From an uncultured bacterium (GTDB lineage Bacteria > Patescibacteriota > Minisyncoccia > Phycocordibacterales > CAIJYI01): a stretch of 64,000 bases of DNA. The stretch lies in NCBI GenBank assembly GCA_903824855.1, contig CAIJYI010000037.1, positions 18,684-82,683 on the forward strand, given 5' to 3'. Below the pieces are notes generated by a model that saw only the letters and a list, made by a program, of their open reading frames with translations, ran no database searches and was not told the DNA's origin. The translations under genes were made by a program, and so were the position numbers. Below, in pieces: positions 8,731 to 18,726 of the stretch (positions within the stretch are counted from its first letter, which is position 1; each line of letters starts with the position of its first letter).

Positions 8731-10230
8731 CTACACGGTGAGTTTTTTTGATCTGTTTGAAATTGAATAAACAATGGCGTAAAGAATATAAATAAATACG
8801 AGAATCCCTACCGAGAATTGTGGAATTGAAATGAAGGAAAGAGGTAATCCTGAGAAGAAAGATGAAACAAAAAACACAAAGGAAAGAATGAGAAACACGG
8901 GAAAACCAAAAAAGATTCCGAAGGGCGTGATGAAACCGAGAAGCAAAGCGAGGGCTCCGAAAAACATAGCGAGGGGAATTAAAGGAAGTACGATAAGATT
9001 TACAGGAAGCGCAACGAGAGACAACATTCCAGTTTCATATAACAAAAGAGGAAGGACGAAAATCTGTGTTGAGAGAGTTGAAGAGAGTGTTTCTCTCATA
9101 CCAAATTTTTCAGTCACAAAAGAAAGACGTCGCGAGAGTTCCGGGCCTACACCAAGTAATCCAAGAGTTGCCATAAAGGAAAGTTGAAAAGAAGGGTCGT
9201 AAAGGAGAGAAAGCGGATTCCATAAAACCATAAAAAATGCAGCGACAAAAAGGAGGTGCAACGCATCGGAAGTTCTCCCCGTCGCGCGTGCAAAGATAGC
9301 AAGGAGTGCCATAAAAGTTGCGCGCAAAGTGGAAGCGCCAAGTCCCGTCATTATCGAAAAAAGAATTACTCCGATTCCACCACCGAGAGAAGCGGCCATC
9401 TTTGAAAGAGGAAATAGTAAAAAGAAACGCGTGAAAAAATCAGCAACGATCGTGATGTTGTAACCGGAAAGAACAACAATATGAATGATTCCGGCAACGC
9501 GAAACATTTGTAAAACATCAGCCCCAAGAGCACGCTTGGATCCAAACAAAAGTCCGTCCAATAATCCGGCATGAGGTTCGGGTAAAATTTGTGAAACTTT
9601 ATCCATCATTATATTTTTGAAAGAATAAAGAATGGCATTGAGACGATTTCCTTGTCCGGACAAAATAACCTGTGTTTGAGGAAAAGGTATCTCGTATAAA
9701 ATTCCTTCTCTTTTTAAATAGGAAACATAATCAAAAGAACGCCCGTCAGGATTTTGAAAATTTTCCGGCAAGGCAAGATTTCCGGAAACTCTTACCCTAT
9801 CGCCATATGTAAATTCAGGATACTTCCTTGCCACCAGCAATATTGGTTCTGCTTTTACTAAATCTTTTTTTACTCCGAGCATTTCGGTCTTGTCGACGCT
9901 AACAACAAGGAATGTGGAATTTTCTCTTATGTCGGGCTCTTTAGTGATTACCCCCTCAACAACAACTTTCCTTCCGACAAATTGTTCCAAGAATGAGTTT
10001 GACCGTGAAGGAATAAAACCCGCACGGAAATAGCCGAGAGCAAAAAAGAGGAGTGTTGCGGAAAATAATATTTTCTTTACGGAACGTTCTTTTGAAAAAT
10101 AAGTCGGGAGAAAAATAATGAGTGAAACGAGAATCACAAAAAAAGTGAATGAATTCCCGATGTCAAAAATAAAGCGGAGAGCAATTCCGCCAAGAAAACC
10201 GAAGATACAAAAACGAACGAAACGAGCCAT
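8731..10230 (-). CDS. comEC: ComEC/Rec2 DNA-uptake channel (DUF4131 + Competence domains, no beta-lactamase domain)
   Basis: GIIHIVVLSGYNI, STLRATFM, SFQLSFMATLG, multiple transmembrane segments; start placed at MARF. Confidence 0.92.
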   Translation of the reverse strand: MARFVRFCIFGFLGGIALRFIFDIGNSFTFFVILVSLIIFLPTYFSKERSVKKILFSATLLFFALGYFRAGFIPSRSNSFLEQFVGRKVVVEGVITKEPDIRENSTFLVVSVDKTEMLGVKKDLVKAEPILLVARKYPEFTYGDRVRVSGNLALPENFQNPDGRSFDYVSYLKREGILYEIPFPQTQVILSGQGNRLNAILYSFKNIMMDKVSQILPEPHAGLLDGLLFGSKRALGADVLQMFRVAGIIHIVVLSGYNITIVADFFTRFFLLFPLSKMAASLGGGIGVILFSIMTGLGASTLRATFMALLAIFARATGRTSDALHLLFVAAFFMVLWNPLSLLYDPSFQLSFMATLGLLGVGPELSRRLSFVTEKFGMRETLSSTLSTQIFVLPLLLYETGMLSLVALPVNLIVLPLIPLAMFFGALALLLGFITPFGIFFGFPVFLILSFVFFVSSFFSGLPLSFISIPQFSVGILVFIYILYAIVYSISNRSKKLTV

Positions 10231-10334
10231 GAGTCCGTATTGTATGTAAAAAAGAATGACGTGGCAAATTATGAATTTTATGGCAAAAAGCGCTTTTTTT
10301 CTTTTTTTCTCTTTTTGTGTATAATGGCGATACA

Positions 10335-11156
10335 ATGATTAGGAGAAACGTCATTTTTACCGTAATTTTCATCCTCTCTGCCGGCATCGGCTTTTTCGTC
10401 AATCTATCACAGACGAATTCTCTTCACTTGGTTTTTTTCAAAAAAATAGACAATGCAACCCTCGTGAAACAAGTCATAATACCAATACCGGTCAAGGTTC
10501 CAATCGTCATTTACCACAGTGTCAGACCATACACGAAAGGAGAATCAAAAGAACAAGATCTTTTTGATATTACTCCGGAGCTTCTTGCAGAGCAATTGTC
10601 ATACCTAAAATTACAGGGTTTCACAACTATTTCTTTTGAGATGCTTGCGGATTATTTTGATACAGGAAAACCACTTCCGGTGAAACCGATTATTTTGTCT
10701 TTTGATGATGCTTGGGAAAATCAATACACTTACGCATTTCCATTACTGGTGAAACAAAAAATGACGGGAACTTTTTTTGTCTTTACCAACTCTCTCAATA
10801 GAGGAACCCATTTGAGATGGGACGATGTTCGGACAATGAGAAAAGCCGGAATGGAGATTGGTTCACATACCAAATTTCATCCGTTCTTGGACGACATAAA
10901 ATCACCGACCTTGTTGGCAAATGAAATTGAAGGGAGCAAAATTATTCTTGAAGAAAGTGTCGGTACGACGACTGCGTTTGCCTATCCATTCGGAGAGCAC
11001 GGAACGACGACCGTCAACGAAGTGAAACATGCCGGCTATCGAGTAGCGAGAGCGATCAGAGGAGGCAACGTCCAGAGTATTGAAGACCGCTACACACTTC
11101 GTGGATTTCTGGTGAGCGACAGTCTGGCTGAATTCAAAAGAATGATAAATAAATAA
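10335..11156 (+). CDS. Polysaccharide deacetylase (CE4 family)
   Basis: N-terminal anchor, PIVIYH, LSFDDAW, EIGSHT..H, FAYPFG. Confidence 0.9.
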   Translation: MIRRNVIFTVIFILSAGIGFFVNLSQTNSLHLVFFKKIDNATLVKQVIIPIPVKVPIVIYHSVRPYTKGESKEQDLFDITPELLAEQLSYLKLQGFTTISFEMLADYFDTGKPLPVKPIILSFDDAWENQYTYAFPLLVKQKMTGTFFVFTNSLNRGTHLRWDDVRTMRKAGMEIGSHTKFHPFLDDIKSPTLLANEIEGSKIILEESVGTTTAFAYPFGEHGTTTVNEVKHAGYRVARAIRGGNVQSIEDRYTLRGFLVSDSLAEFKRMINK

Positions 11157-11159
11157 ATT

Positions 11160-11192
11160 AAAAAATCACAAACATTTGTTTGTGATTTTTTT
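11160..11192. terminator. Bidirectional intrinsic terminator
   Basis: AAAAATCACAAACATTTGTTTGTGATTTTTT. Confidence 0.75.
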
Positions 11193-11202
11193 TTAAAATA
11201 TT

Positions 11203-11922
11203 TTACAAACCCCACTCTTTTTTAATCTTTCCCTCATCCTCCTTGGACAATGCTTTTTTGAATTTTGTCGCTTTCTTTCCTTTCACCCTTGCTTCACACT
11301 CCGCCCATGTTTGATGTGTCATAACTTTTCCATCGACTAAACTGAGATAAGAAAATGCTTTTGCTTTCGAATGTGCCTTGCTCGCGCTTCGATCCTTTTT
11401 CTGTTCGACGTCGTGAGAGACATCAAGAATATTTTGTATCGAATATTTTTCAAAATCTCCCTCATATAATTTTTCAGGCTTTCCTTTAGAAAACGAAACG
11501 GCAATTTCATCAGCGCGGTTGTTCCCCGCAATACCGATATGACCACCGACATATTTCCATTCAATTTTTTTTCCGGCAACGAGAGAGGATAGTTCTTCCC
11601 AAAGATCGCGATTAATGACTTCAGTTTTTGTTGAGGTTATCCAATTATTTTTTCTCCATCCCCACACCCATTTGGTGATGCCGTTAATGACGTAACTTGA
11701 ATCGGTGTGAAGCAAAATTACCTTCTCAGTTTTTGCGATATATGAAAGTGCTCCGATTGTTGCAGAAAGTTCCATCCGATTATTCGTTGTAGGATTCTCT
11801 CCACCTCCGAGTTCTTTTATGACGTGATCATCAAAAATAATAATGGCTCCCCATCCTCCGGGTCCGGGATTGCCGAGTGATGACCCGTCCGTAAAAACAT
11901 GAATGTGTTTTTTGTTTTCCAT
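11203..11922 (-). CDS. rnhA: Ribonuclease HI with C-terminal hybrid-binding (Cauli_VI/viroplasmin-like) domain
   Basis: FTDGSSLGNPGPGGW, TTNNRMEL, TDSSYV, GHIG..GNNRAD; C-terminal TWAECEARVKG. Confidence 0.92.
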   Translation of the reverse strand: MENKKHIHVFTDGSSLGNPGPGGWGAIIIFDDHVIKELGGGENPTTNNRMELSATIGALSYIAKTEKVILLHTDSSYVINGITKWVWGWRKNNWITSTKTEVINRDLWEELSSLVAGKKIEWKYVGGHIGIAGNNRADEIAVSFSKGKPEKLYEGDFEKYSIQNILDVSHDVEQKKDRSASKAHSKAKAFSYLSLVDGKVMTHQTWAECEARVKGKKATKFKKALSKEDEGKIKKEWGL

Positions 11923-11992
11923 ACGTCTTATGCTAACAAATTTATGACAAAATGAGAAATAAAATAGGCGACAACAAGTGCCGCCCATTACG

Positions 11993-12145
11993 TTATCGAA
12001 ATCTCCAAATATATGCGGCAAGCGCAAGTATCGCTAATAGATTAAGCGACATCCCAAAATGGTGTATTCCAAAAAACAAAGGAATCAGACATATCACGTT
12101 TAAGAGTAAAAGAAACCAAATCATATTTTTTTCCCACGTGCTCAT
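11993..12145 (-). CDS. Small membrane protein (50 aa; absent from the ORF track)
   Basis: Hand-translated MSTWEKNMIWFLLLLNVICLIPLFFGIHHFGMSLNLLAILALAAYIWRFR*; GAGGAG RBS; two hydrophobic helices. Confidence 0.6.
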   Translation of the reverse strand: MSTWEKNMIWFLLLLNVICLIPLFFGIHHFGMSLNLLAILALAAYIWRFR

Positions 12146-12205
12146 TTTTTTCTCCTCGGAAGAATTGTAAAAAATAACTTATCCCTCATTAAGGGTATCG
12201 TTTTT

Positions 12206-13915
12206 TTAAGAGATGTCAATTATTCGCAAACGCAGTTCGGGGTAGTTTCTAAACATGGATTTTTCTAGCGTGGCAAAAAGATTCACTTTCTCTCCCCTGC
12301 CGAGAAGAACTTTCGGGAAATTTTTTTCGGAGACAAAGAAACCGATGGCGGGGATTTTTTGTCCGTTTGAATTTCGGAATTCCAGTTCGAGATGTTCCAT
12401 CGCTTTGCCGAATTTTTTCACGTTTACAATTTCTACACTTTTAAAGAGAAAAACTGGTTTCGGGTTCCCTATTCCGAATGGAGCAAAAGCTTCTACTTCT
12501 TTCCATGTATCCCACGTCATGTCGTCCATCGAAAGCTCTCCTTCAACATCCACCGTTTCCGTTTTGATTATTTTGTCCATCGCGCGGTACACATCGGAAA
12601 GTTCCTTCTCCAATAAATGTATTCCCTCTGATGAAACAGTAAATCCTCCCGCTTCGGCGTGTCCGCCAAATTGCAAAAATACTCCCTCCTTGGCGTTGCT
12701 CATAAGTTCCACCAGTGATACCGTTCCGTCCGAACGACACGACCCTTTTATCTTTCCGTCGGTATCCCTTCCCCACACAAACACCGGTCGTTTAAATTCT
12801 TCAACGAGGTTGTTGGCAGCAAGCCCAAGAATTCCCGGTTCCCATTCTGGATGTCCGATGACGATAACTTCAAAAAGTTCACGCGCGAGTAATCGTCCTT
12901 TCGCGTCTTTTATCATGCTCGCCGTCAATCCTTTTCTTTGATCATTCAAATGATTGAGCCAATTCGCCAATTCTTCGGCGCGAGCATCATCATCAGTAGA
13001 GAGCAATTCGAAAGCGCGGAGTGGATGATCCATTCGACTCGCTGCATTTATACGCGGAGCAATCATAAAACCGATATCGTCTTCCGTAAGATGTTCCCTG
13101 TTTACTTTTATTTTTTGCAAAAGCAGGTTGAGCCCTTTGCGTCGACTTTTTCGCAAAACCTTCAATCCATAGTGTGCAAAAAGCCGATTTTCATTTAGAA
13201 GAGGAACCATGTCGGCGATAGTGGAAAGCCCAGCCATATCTAAAAGCCACTTTTCCCAACCTTCCTGAATTTGTGCGAATTGCCCGCGTTTAATGAGTGC
13301 CTGCACAAGTTTGAAGGCGACACCGGCACCGCAAAGCATCGGGTCAGGATAGGCGTCTTCTTTTTGTTTGGAATCAAGAATAGTATAAGCCTCGGGTGTT
13401 TTGCCGTCTTGAGCGAGGTGGTGGTCGGTAATAATGACATCGATACCGAGTTTTTTCGCATGATCAACCGGTTCCACATCGGTAATCCCCAAATCTGCGG
13501 TAATAATGAGAGAAAAACCTTCCTCTGCAAATTTTTCTACGGCCAAAATATTTAATCCATATCCTTCTTCGTGTCGATGAGGAATGTAGTTCTTAAAATT
13601 CGTATATTCTATCTTTTTAAAGAAATCATGAAGGATTACTCCGGCAGGAATACCGTCGCAGTCATAATCGGTATATAAAACAATCTTTTCGTCATTTTTT
13701 ATCGCAGAGAGTATTCTTTCAACCGCTTTTTCCATATTCAAAATGAGAAACGGGTCATAACTATCTCTCTGCCAATCCGGATGCAAAAATTGTTCAGCCA
13801 AGGCAAATGACGTGATTCCACGACTTGCGAGCATTTTTTGTGTCAGAGGAGCATATCTTTCTAAACTCTCCTCGGTCGAACCCTTTTCTTCGATTTTTGT
13901 ATCATTCTTTTTCAT
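12206..13915 (-). CDS. recJ: Single-stranded-DNA-specific exonuclease RecJ
   Basis: DYDCDG, EGYGL, TDHH, TIADMVPL, APRINAASR, GGHAEAGG, APFGIGNPKP. Confidence 0.96.
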   Translation of the reverse strand: MKKNDTKIEEKGSTEESLERYAPLTQKMLASRGITSFALAEQFLHPDWQRDSYDPFLILNMEKAVERILSAIKNDEKIVLYTDYDCDGIPAGVILHDFFKKIEYTNFKNYIPHRHEEGYGLNILAVEKFAEEGFSLIITADLGITDVEPVDHAKKLGIDVIITDHHLAQDGKTPEAYTILDSKQKEDAYPDPMLCGAGVAFKLVQALIKRGQFAQIQEGWEKWLLDMAGLSTIADMVPLLNENRLFAHYGLKVLRKSRRKGLNLLLQKIKVNREHLTEDDIGFMIAPRINAASRMDHPLRAFELLSTDDDARAEELANWLNHLNDQRKGLTASMIKDAKGRLLARELFEVIVIGHPEWEPGILGLAANNLVEEFKRPVFVWGRDTDGKIKGSCRSDGTVSLVELMSNAKEGVFLQFGGHAEAGGFTVSSEGIHLLEKELSDVYRAMDKIIKTETVDVEGELSMDDMTWDTWKEVEAFAPFGIGNPKPVFLFKSVEIVNVKKFGKAMEHLELEFRNSNGQKIPAIGFFVSEKNFPKVLLGRGEKVNLFATLEKSMFRNYPELRLRIIDIS

Positions 13916-14010
13916 GGGATTATATTGTATCACATATCAATAAAAATCATTCCTTGAATTGCTCGGACGTAGTGTTATAATATGTATATTATTCATGATA
14001 AATTATTTAT

Positions 14011-14319
14011 ATGGGATTATTTTCAACACCACCAAAAAGAATCACCCAGAGAGAATATGAGGGTACTTTTTTTAAGCCCGGCTTTCTCGGCTCTGTCCAC
14101 GGGAATGGTTCCATGGAAAAAATACCGGATAGACATCTTCCCGTATTAAAAGCGATAATGGACAATGCAATAAACGACGTCGATCATTACCGCGGAGGTA
14201 ATTTTAAAGGGATTACCGCTGAAAAGATTCCGGGGATTCGAAAGGAAATGGAGGAAACAGGTCAGTTTAACTCGAAACAGATTGATCATGTTGAGAGTGA
14301 GTTAAAAAAGAGGCTGTAA
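14011..14319 (+). CDS. Hypothetical protein
   Basis: 102 aa ORF after a TGTTATAAT promoter, co-oriented with the HIT gene. Confidence 0.65.
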   Translation: MGLFSTPPKRITQREYEGTFFKPGFLGSVHGNGSMEKIPDRHLPVLKAIMDNAINDVDHYRGGNFKGITAEKIPGIRKEMEETGQFNSKQIDHVESELKKRL

Positions 14320-14324
14320 TTTTT

Positions 14325-14738
14325 ATGGATGACTGTATTTTTTGTAAAATAATTAAAGGCGATATCCCCTGCACAAAAGTCTGGGAGGATTCGGAAACGT
14401 TCGCCTTTTTAAGCACTAATCCGAATAACCACGGGCATACTCTCGTCGTTCCCAAAAAACATTTTCGAAATATCTTTGATATGGATGAGCATTCCGTCAC
14501 TTCCCTCGCACTCGCCACGCAAAAGATAGCACGCGGTGTTTATAAAGGAGTAAAAGCCGAGGGGGTAAATATTATTATGAATAATGAGGCACCAGCCGGA
14601 CAAGCGGTATTTCATGCTCATATCCATATTATTCCAAGATTCACAAACGACGGACTACATAGCTGGAATAAAAGCACTCCTTATCAAGAAGACGAAAAAG
14701 AACAAATTGCCGAACAAATATTCAACAACGTCGCTTAA
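14325..14738 (+). CDS. HIT family nucleotide hydrolase
   Basis: DCIFCKII, GHTLVVPK, GQAVFHAHIHIIPR histidine triad. Confidence 0.95.
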   Translation: MDDCIFCKIIKGDIPCTKVWEDSETFAFLSTNPNNHGHTLVVPKKHFRNIFDMDEHSVTSLALATQKIARGVYKGVKAEGVNIIMNNEAPAGQAVFHAHIHIIPRFTNDGLHSWNKSTPYQEDEKEQIAEQIFNNVA

Positions 14739-14800
14739 AGAATAAATGTTAAAAAAAAGGGAGTCGAAATAACATCAGAAAATTCACAATAATCACAATA

Positions 14801-14830
14801 AAAAAACAGCCGTTATGTACGGCTGTTTTT
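14801..14830. terminator. Bidirectional intrinsic terminator
   Basis: AAAAAACAGCCGTTATGTACGGCTGTTTTT. Confidence 0.75.
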
Positions 14831-14833
14831 GTA

Positions 14834-15112
14834 TTAATCGTGTTTACCTTTCTTTTTGAGCATCTTTTCTTCCTCAGTCAGTATTTTCTTCCACATTTCC
14901 GCATCATCAGCAAGCAGAGCGATCTTTTTTGTATGATAATTGTCGCTTACTTTTTTAATCCATGACTGGTCTTCTGTAAAAAGGTCAAAGGCTGCATTTA
15001 TTTCTTCTTCTGATGCTTCAGCGAAGAGCCACGCCAAATCTTCCTTCTCTGAAAAAGATATTTCTGACGCGAATATTAATTTTTTTAATTCCGGGAAAGT
15101 TTTGTTTTCCAT
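14834..15112 (-). CDS. Hypothetical acidic helical protein
   Basis: ORF track; start placed at MENKTF. Confidence 0.6.
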   Translation of the reverse strand: MENKTFPELKKLIFASEISFSEKEDLAWLFAEASEEEINAAFDLFTEDQSWIKKVSDNYHTKKIALLADDAEMWKKILTEEEKMLKKKGKHD

Positions 15113-15145
15113 ATATTTTCGGTCCAATGACCGATAAAACTGCGA

Positions 15146-15289
15146 TTACCCGGCGTTTTCCATAAGTCGGCGAGTAACGAGTTCGAACACCACTGCAGCA
15201 TCTTTATTTTCCGCACCAACAAACAAGGCTCTTTCTTCTCGTGCAAAATCGTATCCTTCAAACGTTTCAAACGAATTGTTCGGTGGCAT
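15146..15289 (-). CDS. Small hypothetical protein (47 aa; absent from the ORF track)
   Basis: Hand-translated MPPNNSFETFEGYDFAREERALFVGAENKDAAVVFELVTRRLMENAG*; fills the gap and is co-oriented with neighbours. Confidence 0.45.
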   Translation of the reverse strand: MPPNNSFETFEGYDFAREERALFVGAENKDAAVVFELVTRRLMENAG

Positions 15290-15428
15290 GTGTCTTTTTA
15301 ATTTAAATTATTAAATCCTAACTCAAATAAATCTTATGTCTTTATGATAAACCTTTTTAATATTTCATGCAACGAAAAAGAAGATTTCACCACACTGTAA
15401 ATTTGACAATTTATTTTTTTTGAAATTT

Positions 15429-15935
15429 TTACTCTTCTCTTTTTGGATTTTCCAACTCATCAGCATATTCCTTCATTTTTATATCACTAAAATGCCTACC
15501 AAATGAATCTCGAATTTCTTGAATATCATTAACGTTTAAGATTCCCATTTTCTGAATCGCCTCAATCTCTTTTTGCAGTTCCTGATCGACTTCTCCATAA
15601 TCAAATCTGTGAAGTTTTTCGGCTAATGACCAAGAGAGTTTTTCAATATATGTTTTTTTGAGTTTTTCATCGGAAAAACCGGTATCTTCCTTAGCACAGA
15701 ATTCTAACGTTCTCATAATAATCTCATCTTTGGAAATAAAATCAGCTTTATTTTTTGGGATTTCGGATATGGCCTGATTCAGTTCTTTAACAAATTGTCC
15801 GTCATTCAGACTTCCGCCTTTTCTCAATATTTCGGCTAATAGCGTTATTTTTTGACCTAAAAATCCTTCCCAATATTTATTCGGATTGTTTTTTGCCTGT
15901 TCTTCCGTAGGAGTGAGGGGGTTCCAGTTTTCCAT
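15429..15935 (-). CDS. Hypothetical protein
   Basis: 168 aa E/K-rich ORF; no recognisable motif. Confidence 0.65.
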   Translation of the reverse strand: MENWNPLTPTEEQAKNNPNKYWEGFLGQKITLLAEILRKGGSLNDGQFVKELNQAISEIPKNKADFISKDEIIMRTLEFCAKEDTGFSDEKLKKTYIEKLSWSLAEKLHRFDYGEVDQELQKEIEAIQKMGILNVNDIQEIRDSFGRHFSDIKMKEYADELENPKREE

Positions 15936-15960
15936 AAATAATTTTATTAAACCTTTTCTG

Positions 15961-16221
15961 CTAATATTCCTTTTTTACGTTACATATCTTTTCAACATAC
16001 GAATCAGCGTTTGAAACAGCCTCTTTTCTTAGGTTTCCCAATTCTTCAAGTAGTTTTTCTTTTTCTGTTCCAACAAGGTTTTCTGCTCTTTTTTCTAATA
16101 AATCAACCTCTCGGAGGAATTCCTCCAATTCTTCATTGATTTCCTCAAGAGATTCATCAACCTGTTTTTCAAATAACTCCTCTTTCTCAATATTTTCGTT
16201 ATGTGATATTTTTTCAGGCAT
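15961..16221 (-). CDS. Hypothetical acidic coiled-coil protein
   Basis: 86 aa E-rich ORF. Confidence 0.6.
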   Translation of the reverse strand: MPEKISHNENIEKEELFEKQVDESLEEINEELEEFLREVDLLEKRAENLVGTEKEKLLEELGNLRKEAVSNADSYVEKICNVKKEY

Positions 16222-16362
16222 TGTTTTCAGTATTAGCTAATACAAAAGCCAACTTTGCGGATATTTCACGCAAACGTTGCATGTCGCGTTCATAACCAGC
16301 CTGCAAATTTCGAACAATATTTACTTTAGCTTGTTGATCGTTGTCCATAAAAGTACAAAGCT

Positions 16363-17496
16363 TTATTTTTTCTTTTTTATAATGGCCTCAATTGCCGGTA
16401 ATGTTCCCTTGGAGAGAAAATCAAGCATTGCTCCGCCTCCAGTGGAAATAAAAATGTTTTTCTTATTTGATTTTACTTTTTCAATAGCTGCAACGGTATC
16501 CCCTCCTCCAACTACGGCGTTAGCGGTTGTTTGCGAAAGTGCTTTTGCTACAGAAAGCGTGGCTCCGTCATATCCGCCTTCATAATAACCGAGCGGACCA
16601 TTCCAGAGAATAAATTTTGCTTTCTTGATTAATCCCTCCAGCAACAAGACGGTCTCCGGTCCATCATCCAGAATTTTTTCCGTTTTTTCTACTGCCTCCT
16701 GAGAACGAACTATTCTTCCACTCGGGCCCTCAACAATAACATCGAGAGGTAAGATGAGTTTTTTATTCTTCAAAAGAGGTTTCATTTTATTCGTCTCAAC
16801 ATCACAAACAGAGGCACCGATTTCGCAACCTTGAAGTTTAAAAAAAGTATTAGCAAGGGCTCCCCCAACAAAAACAGTGTCCGCCACGTCTAGATATTTT
16901 TTAATTAACGGCAATTTTGTCTCAAATTTGGCTCCACCTAAAATAAGAAGGTACGGATGACTTTTTTTGAAAGCGATGGATATATTTTCCACTTCATCAA
17001 CGAATAATGGCCCAAAATATGCGGGCAGTAATTTCGGTAAAGCAAAAACTGAGGCATCTTTTCTGTGAGAAACAGCAAAAGCTTCGTTTACAAAAATATC
17101 ACCAAAGGAAGCCAAAGATTTTGCGAATGCTTTATCTCCGGATTTTTCACCGTCCCATTTTCGAAGATTTTCAACAAGGGCAACTTCTCCATCTTTTAGT
17201 GAAGAAAGGGTTGTTTTTCCTTCTTCAGACATAAAATCTTGCACAAATACATGTTTGATCTTTTCCCCAAGTTTTTGAGAAGCCGACAGAAGAGTATCGG
17301 TTTTTTCTCTTCCGATGTGACTTAAAATAATTATTCTGGCTCCGGACTTTTTTAAAAATTCAAGCGTAGGAATAACTTTTCTGATGCGGAAATCATCGAC
17401 GACGACGTCGTCCTTTATCGGTACATTGAAATCAACACGCAATAAAATTCTTTTTCCCTTTAATTTCTTCAATTTTGTGATGTTTGGTAATTTCAT
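16363..17496 (-). CDS. pgk: Phosphoglycerate kinase
   Basis: LRVDFNVP, NEAFAVSHR, LGGAK, WNGPLG, GGGDT, STGGGA. Confidence 0.97.
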   Translation of the reverse strand: MKLPNITKLKKLKGKRILLRVDFNVPIKDDVVVDDFRIRKVIPTLEFLKKSGARIIILSHIGREKTDTLLSASQKLGEKIKHVFVQDFMSEEGKTTLSSLKDGEVALVENLRKWDGEKSGDKAFAKSLASFGDIFVNEAFAVSHRKDASVFALPKLLPAYFGPLFVDEVENISIAFKKSHPYLLILGGAKFETKLPLIKKYLDVADTVFVGGALANTFFKLQGCEIGASVCDVETNKMKPLLKNKKLILPLDVIVEGPSGRIVRSQEAVEKTEKILDDGPETVLLLEGLIKKAKFILWNGPLGYYEGGYDGATLSVAKALSQTTANAVVGGGDTVAAIEKVKSNKKNIFISTGGGAMLDFLSKGTLPAIEAIIKKKK

Positions 17497-17512
17497 ATGG
17501 TTAGCTTATAGC

Positions 17513-18277
17513 TTATAAGTTTTCTGCTATTTTAACTATTTCAATAAATTTTTTCGGATTAAGGCTTGCTCTGCCAACTAATAAGCCGGCTACTCCGCCT
17601 TCTTTCATGAAACCTTCAGAATTTTTTTCATCTACTGAACCACCATAAAGAATTTTCAAAGAATGTGCTGTTTCCTGGTCGTATATTCCGGAAAGAACTT
17701 TCCGTATAAAAATAACAATTTCGAGCAATCCGGCAGGATCAATCCTTCCTGTCGCTTTTTCTCCAATCGCCCAAACAGGTTCATAGGCAATAACGAGTTT
17801 AGAAAGCAATCCTTTAGGAATATTAAGGAGGGAATTTTCAATTTGTAGCCTTAGCATTTCAAGATAGGTACATTCTTCGTCCCTCTCTTTCTCTCCAACA
17901 CATAAAATAACGGATAATTTTGCATTGAGAGCTGATTCCACCTTTTTTGAAATCATAAAGTCTGTCTCCCCCATTTCTCTTCTTTCGGAATGTCCGAGAA
18001 TGACATATTTTACTTTAAATTGGGCGAGCATTCCTATGGAAATTTCACCGGTAAATGCACCTTCTTTTGAAGCACTCACATTCTGTACTCCAAGAATTGT
18101 AGCCGCTGATAATTTCTTTGATAGCTCCGGAATAAAAATAACGGGCGGACACATGGCCACGTCGGTATTTTTAAATGTAACGATACCCTTTTTTATACCG
18201 TCAAAAATCTTCCCCGCCACCGCTCCTGTTTGCGGATTCATCTTCCAGTTGCCGACGATGAGTTTTTTTTGTTTCAT
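17513..18277 (-). CDS. tpiA: Triosephosphate isomerase
   Basis: GNWKMN, GAFTGEIS, ILGHSERR, AYEPVWAIG, LYGGSV. Confidence 0.98.
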   Translation of the reverse strand: MKQKKLIVGNWKMNPQTGAVAGKIFDGIKKGIVTFKNTDVAMCPPVIFIPELSKKLSAATILGVQNVSASKEGAFTGEISIGMLAQFKVKYVILGHSERREMGETDFMISKKVESALNAKLSVILCVGEKERDEECTYLEMLRLQIENSLLNIPKGLLSKLVIAYEPVWAIGEKATGRIDPAGLLEIVIFIRKVLSGIYDQETAHSLKILYGGSVDEKNSEGFMKEGGVAGLLVGRASLNPKKFIEIVKIAENL

Positions 18278-18292
18278 TATTGTGTATTTGCT

Positions 18293-18643
18293 TTATTTCA
18301 CCTCAGCGTATCCTTGTTGAGATTTTTCGATTTGCTCTTGATGTTCTATATCTCCGTAGAAATCCAATCCATGCTTTTTCATTCTTTTATATTCAGGCGT
18401 TTCTTTCAGATTAAACTCAATTTCTCCCTTTTCTCTTCGCACACTATTTTCCGCATCAACTGCCTTAATTTTTTCAATCATTTGAGGAAATTCAACCAGA
18501 TTGAGCTTGATAATTTCTTTCGAATCTGCGGTGTTTTCATATTTTTCCGCAAGTTCTTTTATTGCAGTAAGTGCGTTTAGAACGGTTTCGCTTTTTTCAC
18601 CATTTCCGGCGGAGTTTTGTCCCTCCATTTTTGTTGCTTCCAT
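18293..18643 (-). CDS. Hypothetical protein
   Basis: 116 aa E/K-rich ORF directly upstream of tpiA. Confidence 0.6.
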   Translation of the reverse strand: MEATKMEGQNSAGNGEKSETVLNALTAIKELAEKYENTADSKEIIKLNLVEFPQMIEKIKAVDAENSVRREKGEIEFNLKETPEYKRMKKHGLDFYGDIEHQEQIEKSQQGYAEVK

Positions 18644-18726
18644 ATGATTAATATTATTGAATAATTCTTTTTTCTAACATTCTCCCTACAATTATATCCC
18701 ACTGCAAATAAAGAGCAACCTGGCAA

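Noticed and set aside
12255-12941. Long opposite-strand ORFs in the track (e.g. 12255-12941, 22137-22640, 40255-40836, 41373-41939)
   Set aside because: Antisense shadows of well-supported genes, with no motifs or start signals.
16222-16362. Moderately GC-rich spacer downstream of pgk as a possible ncRNA
   Set aside because: Only a weak TTTGCG/CGCAAA hairpin; no recognisable motif or second copy.
17497-17520. Short AGCTTAT tandem between tpiA and pgk, and AAAAGTC tandem at ~24727-24740
   Set aside because: Only two units each; cannot be distinguished from chance, although the 7-bp period echoes the nusA-leader array.
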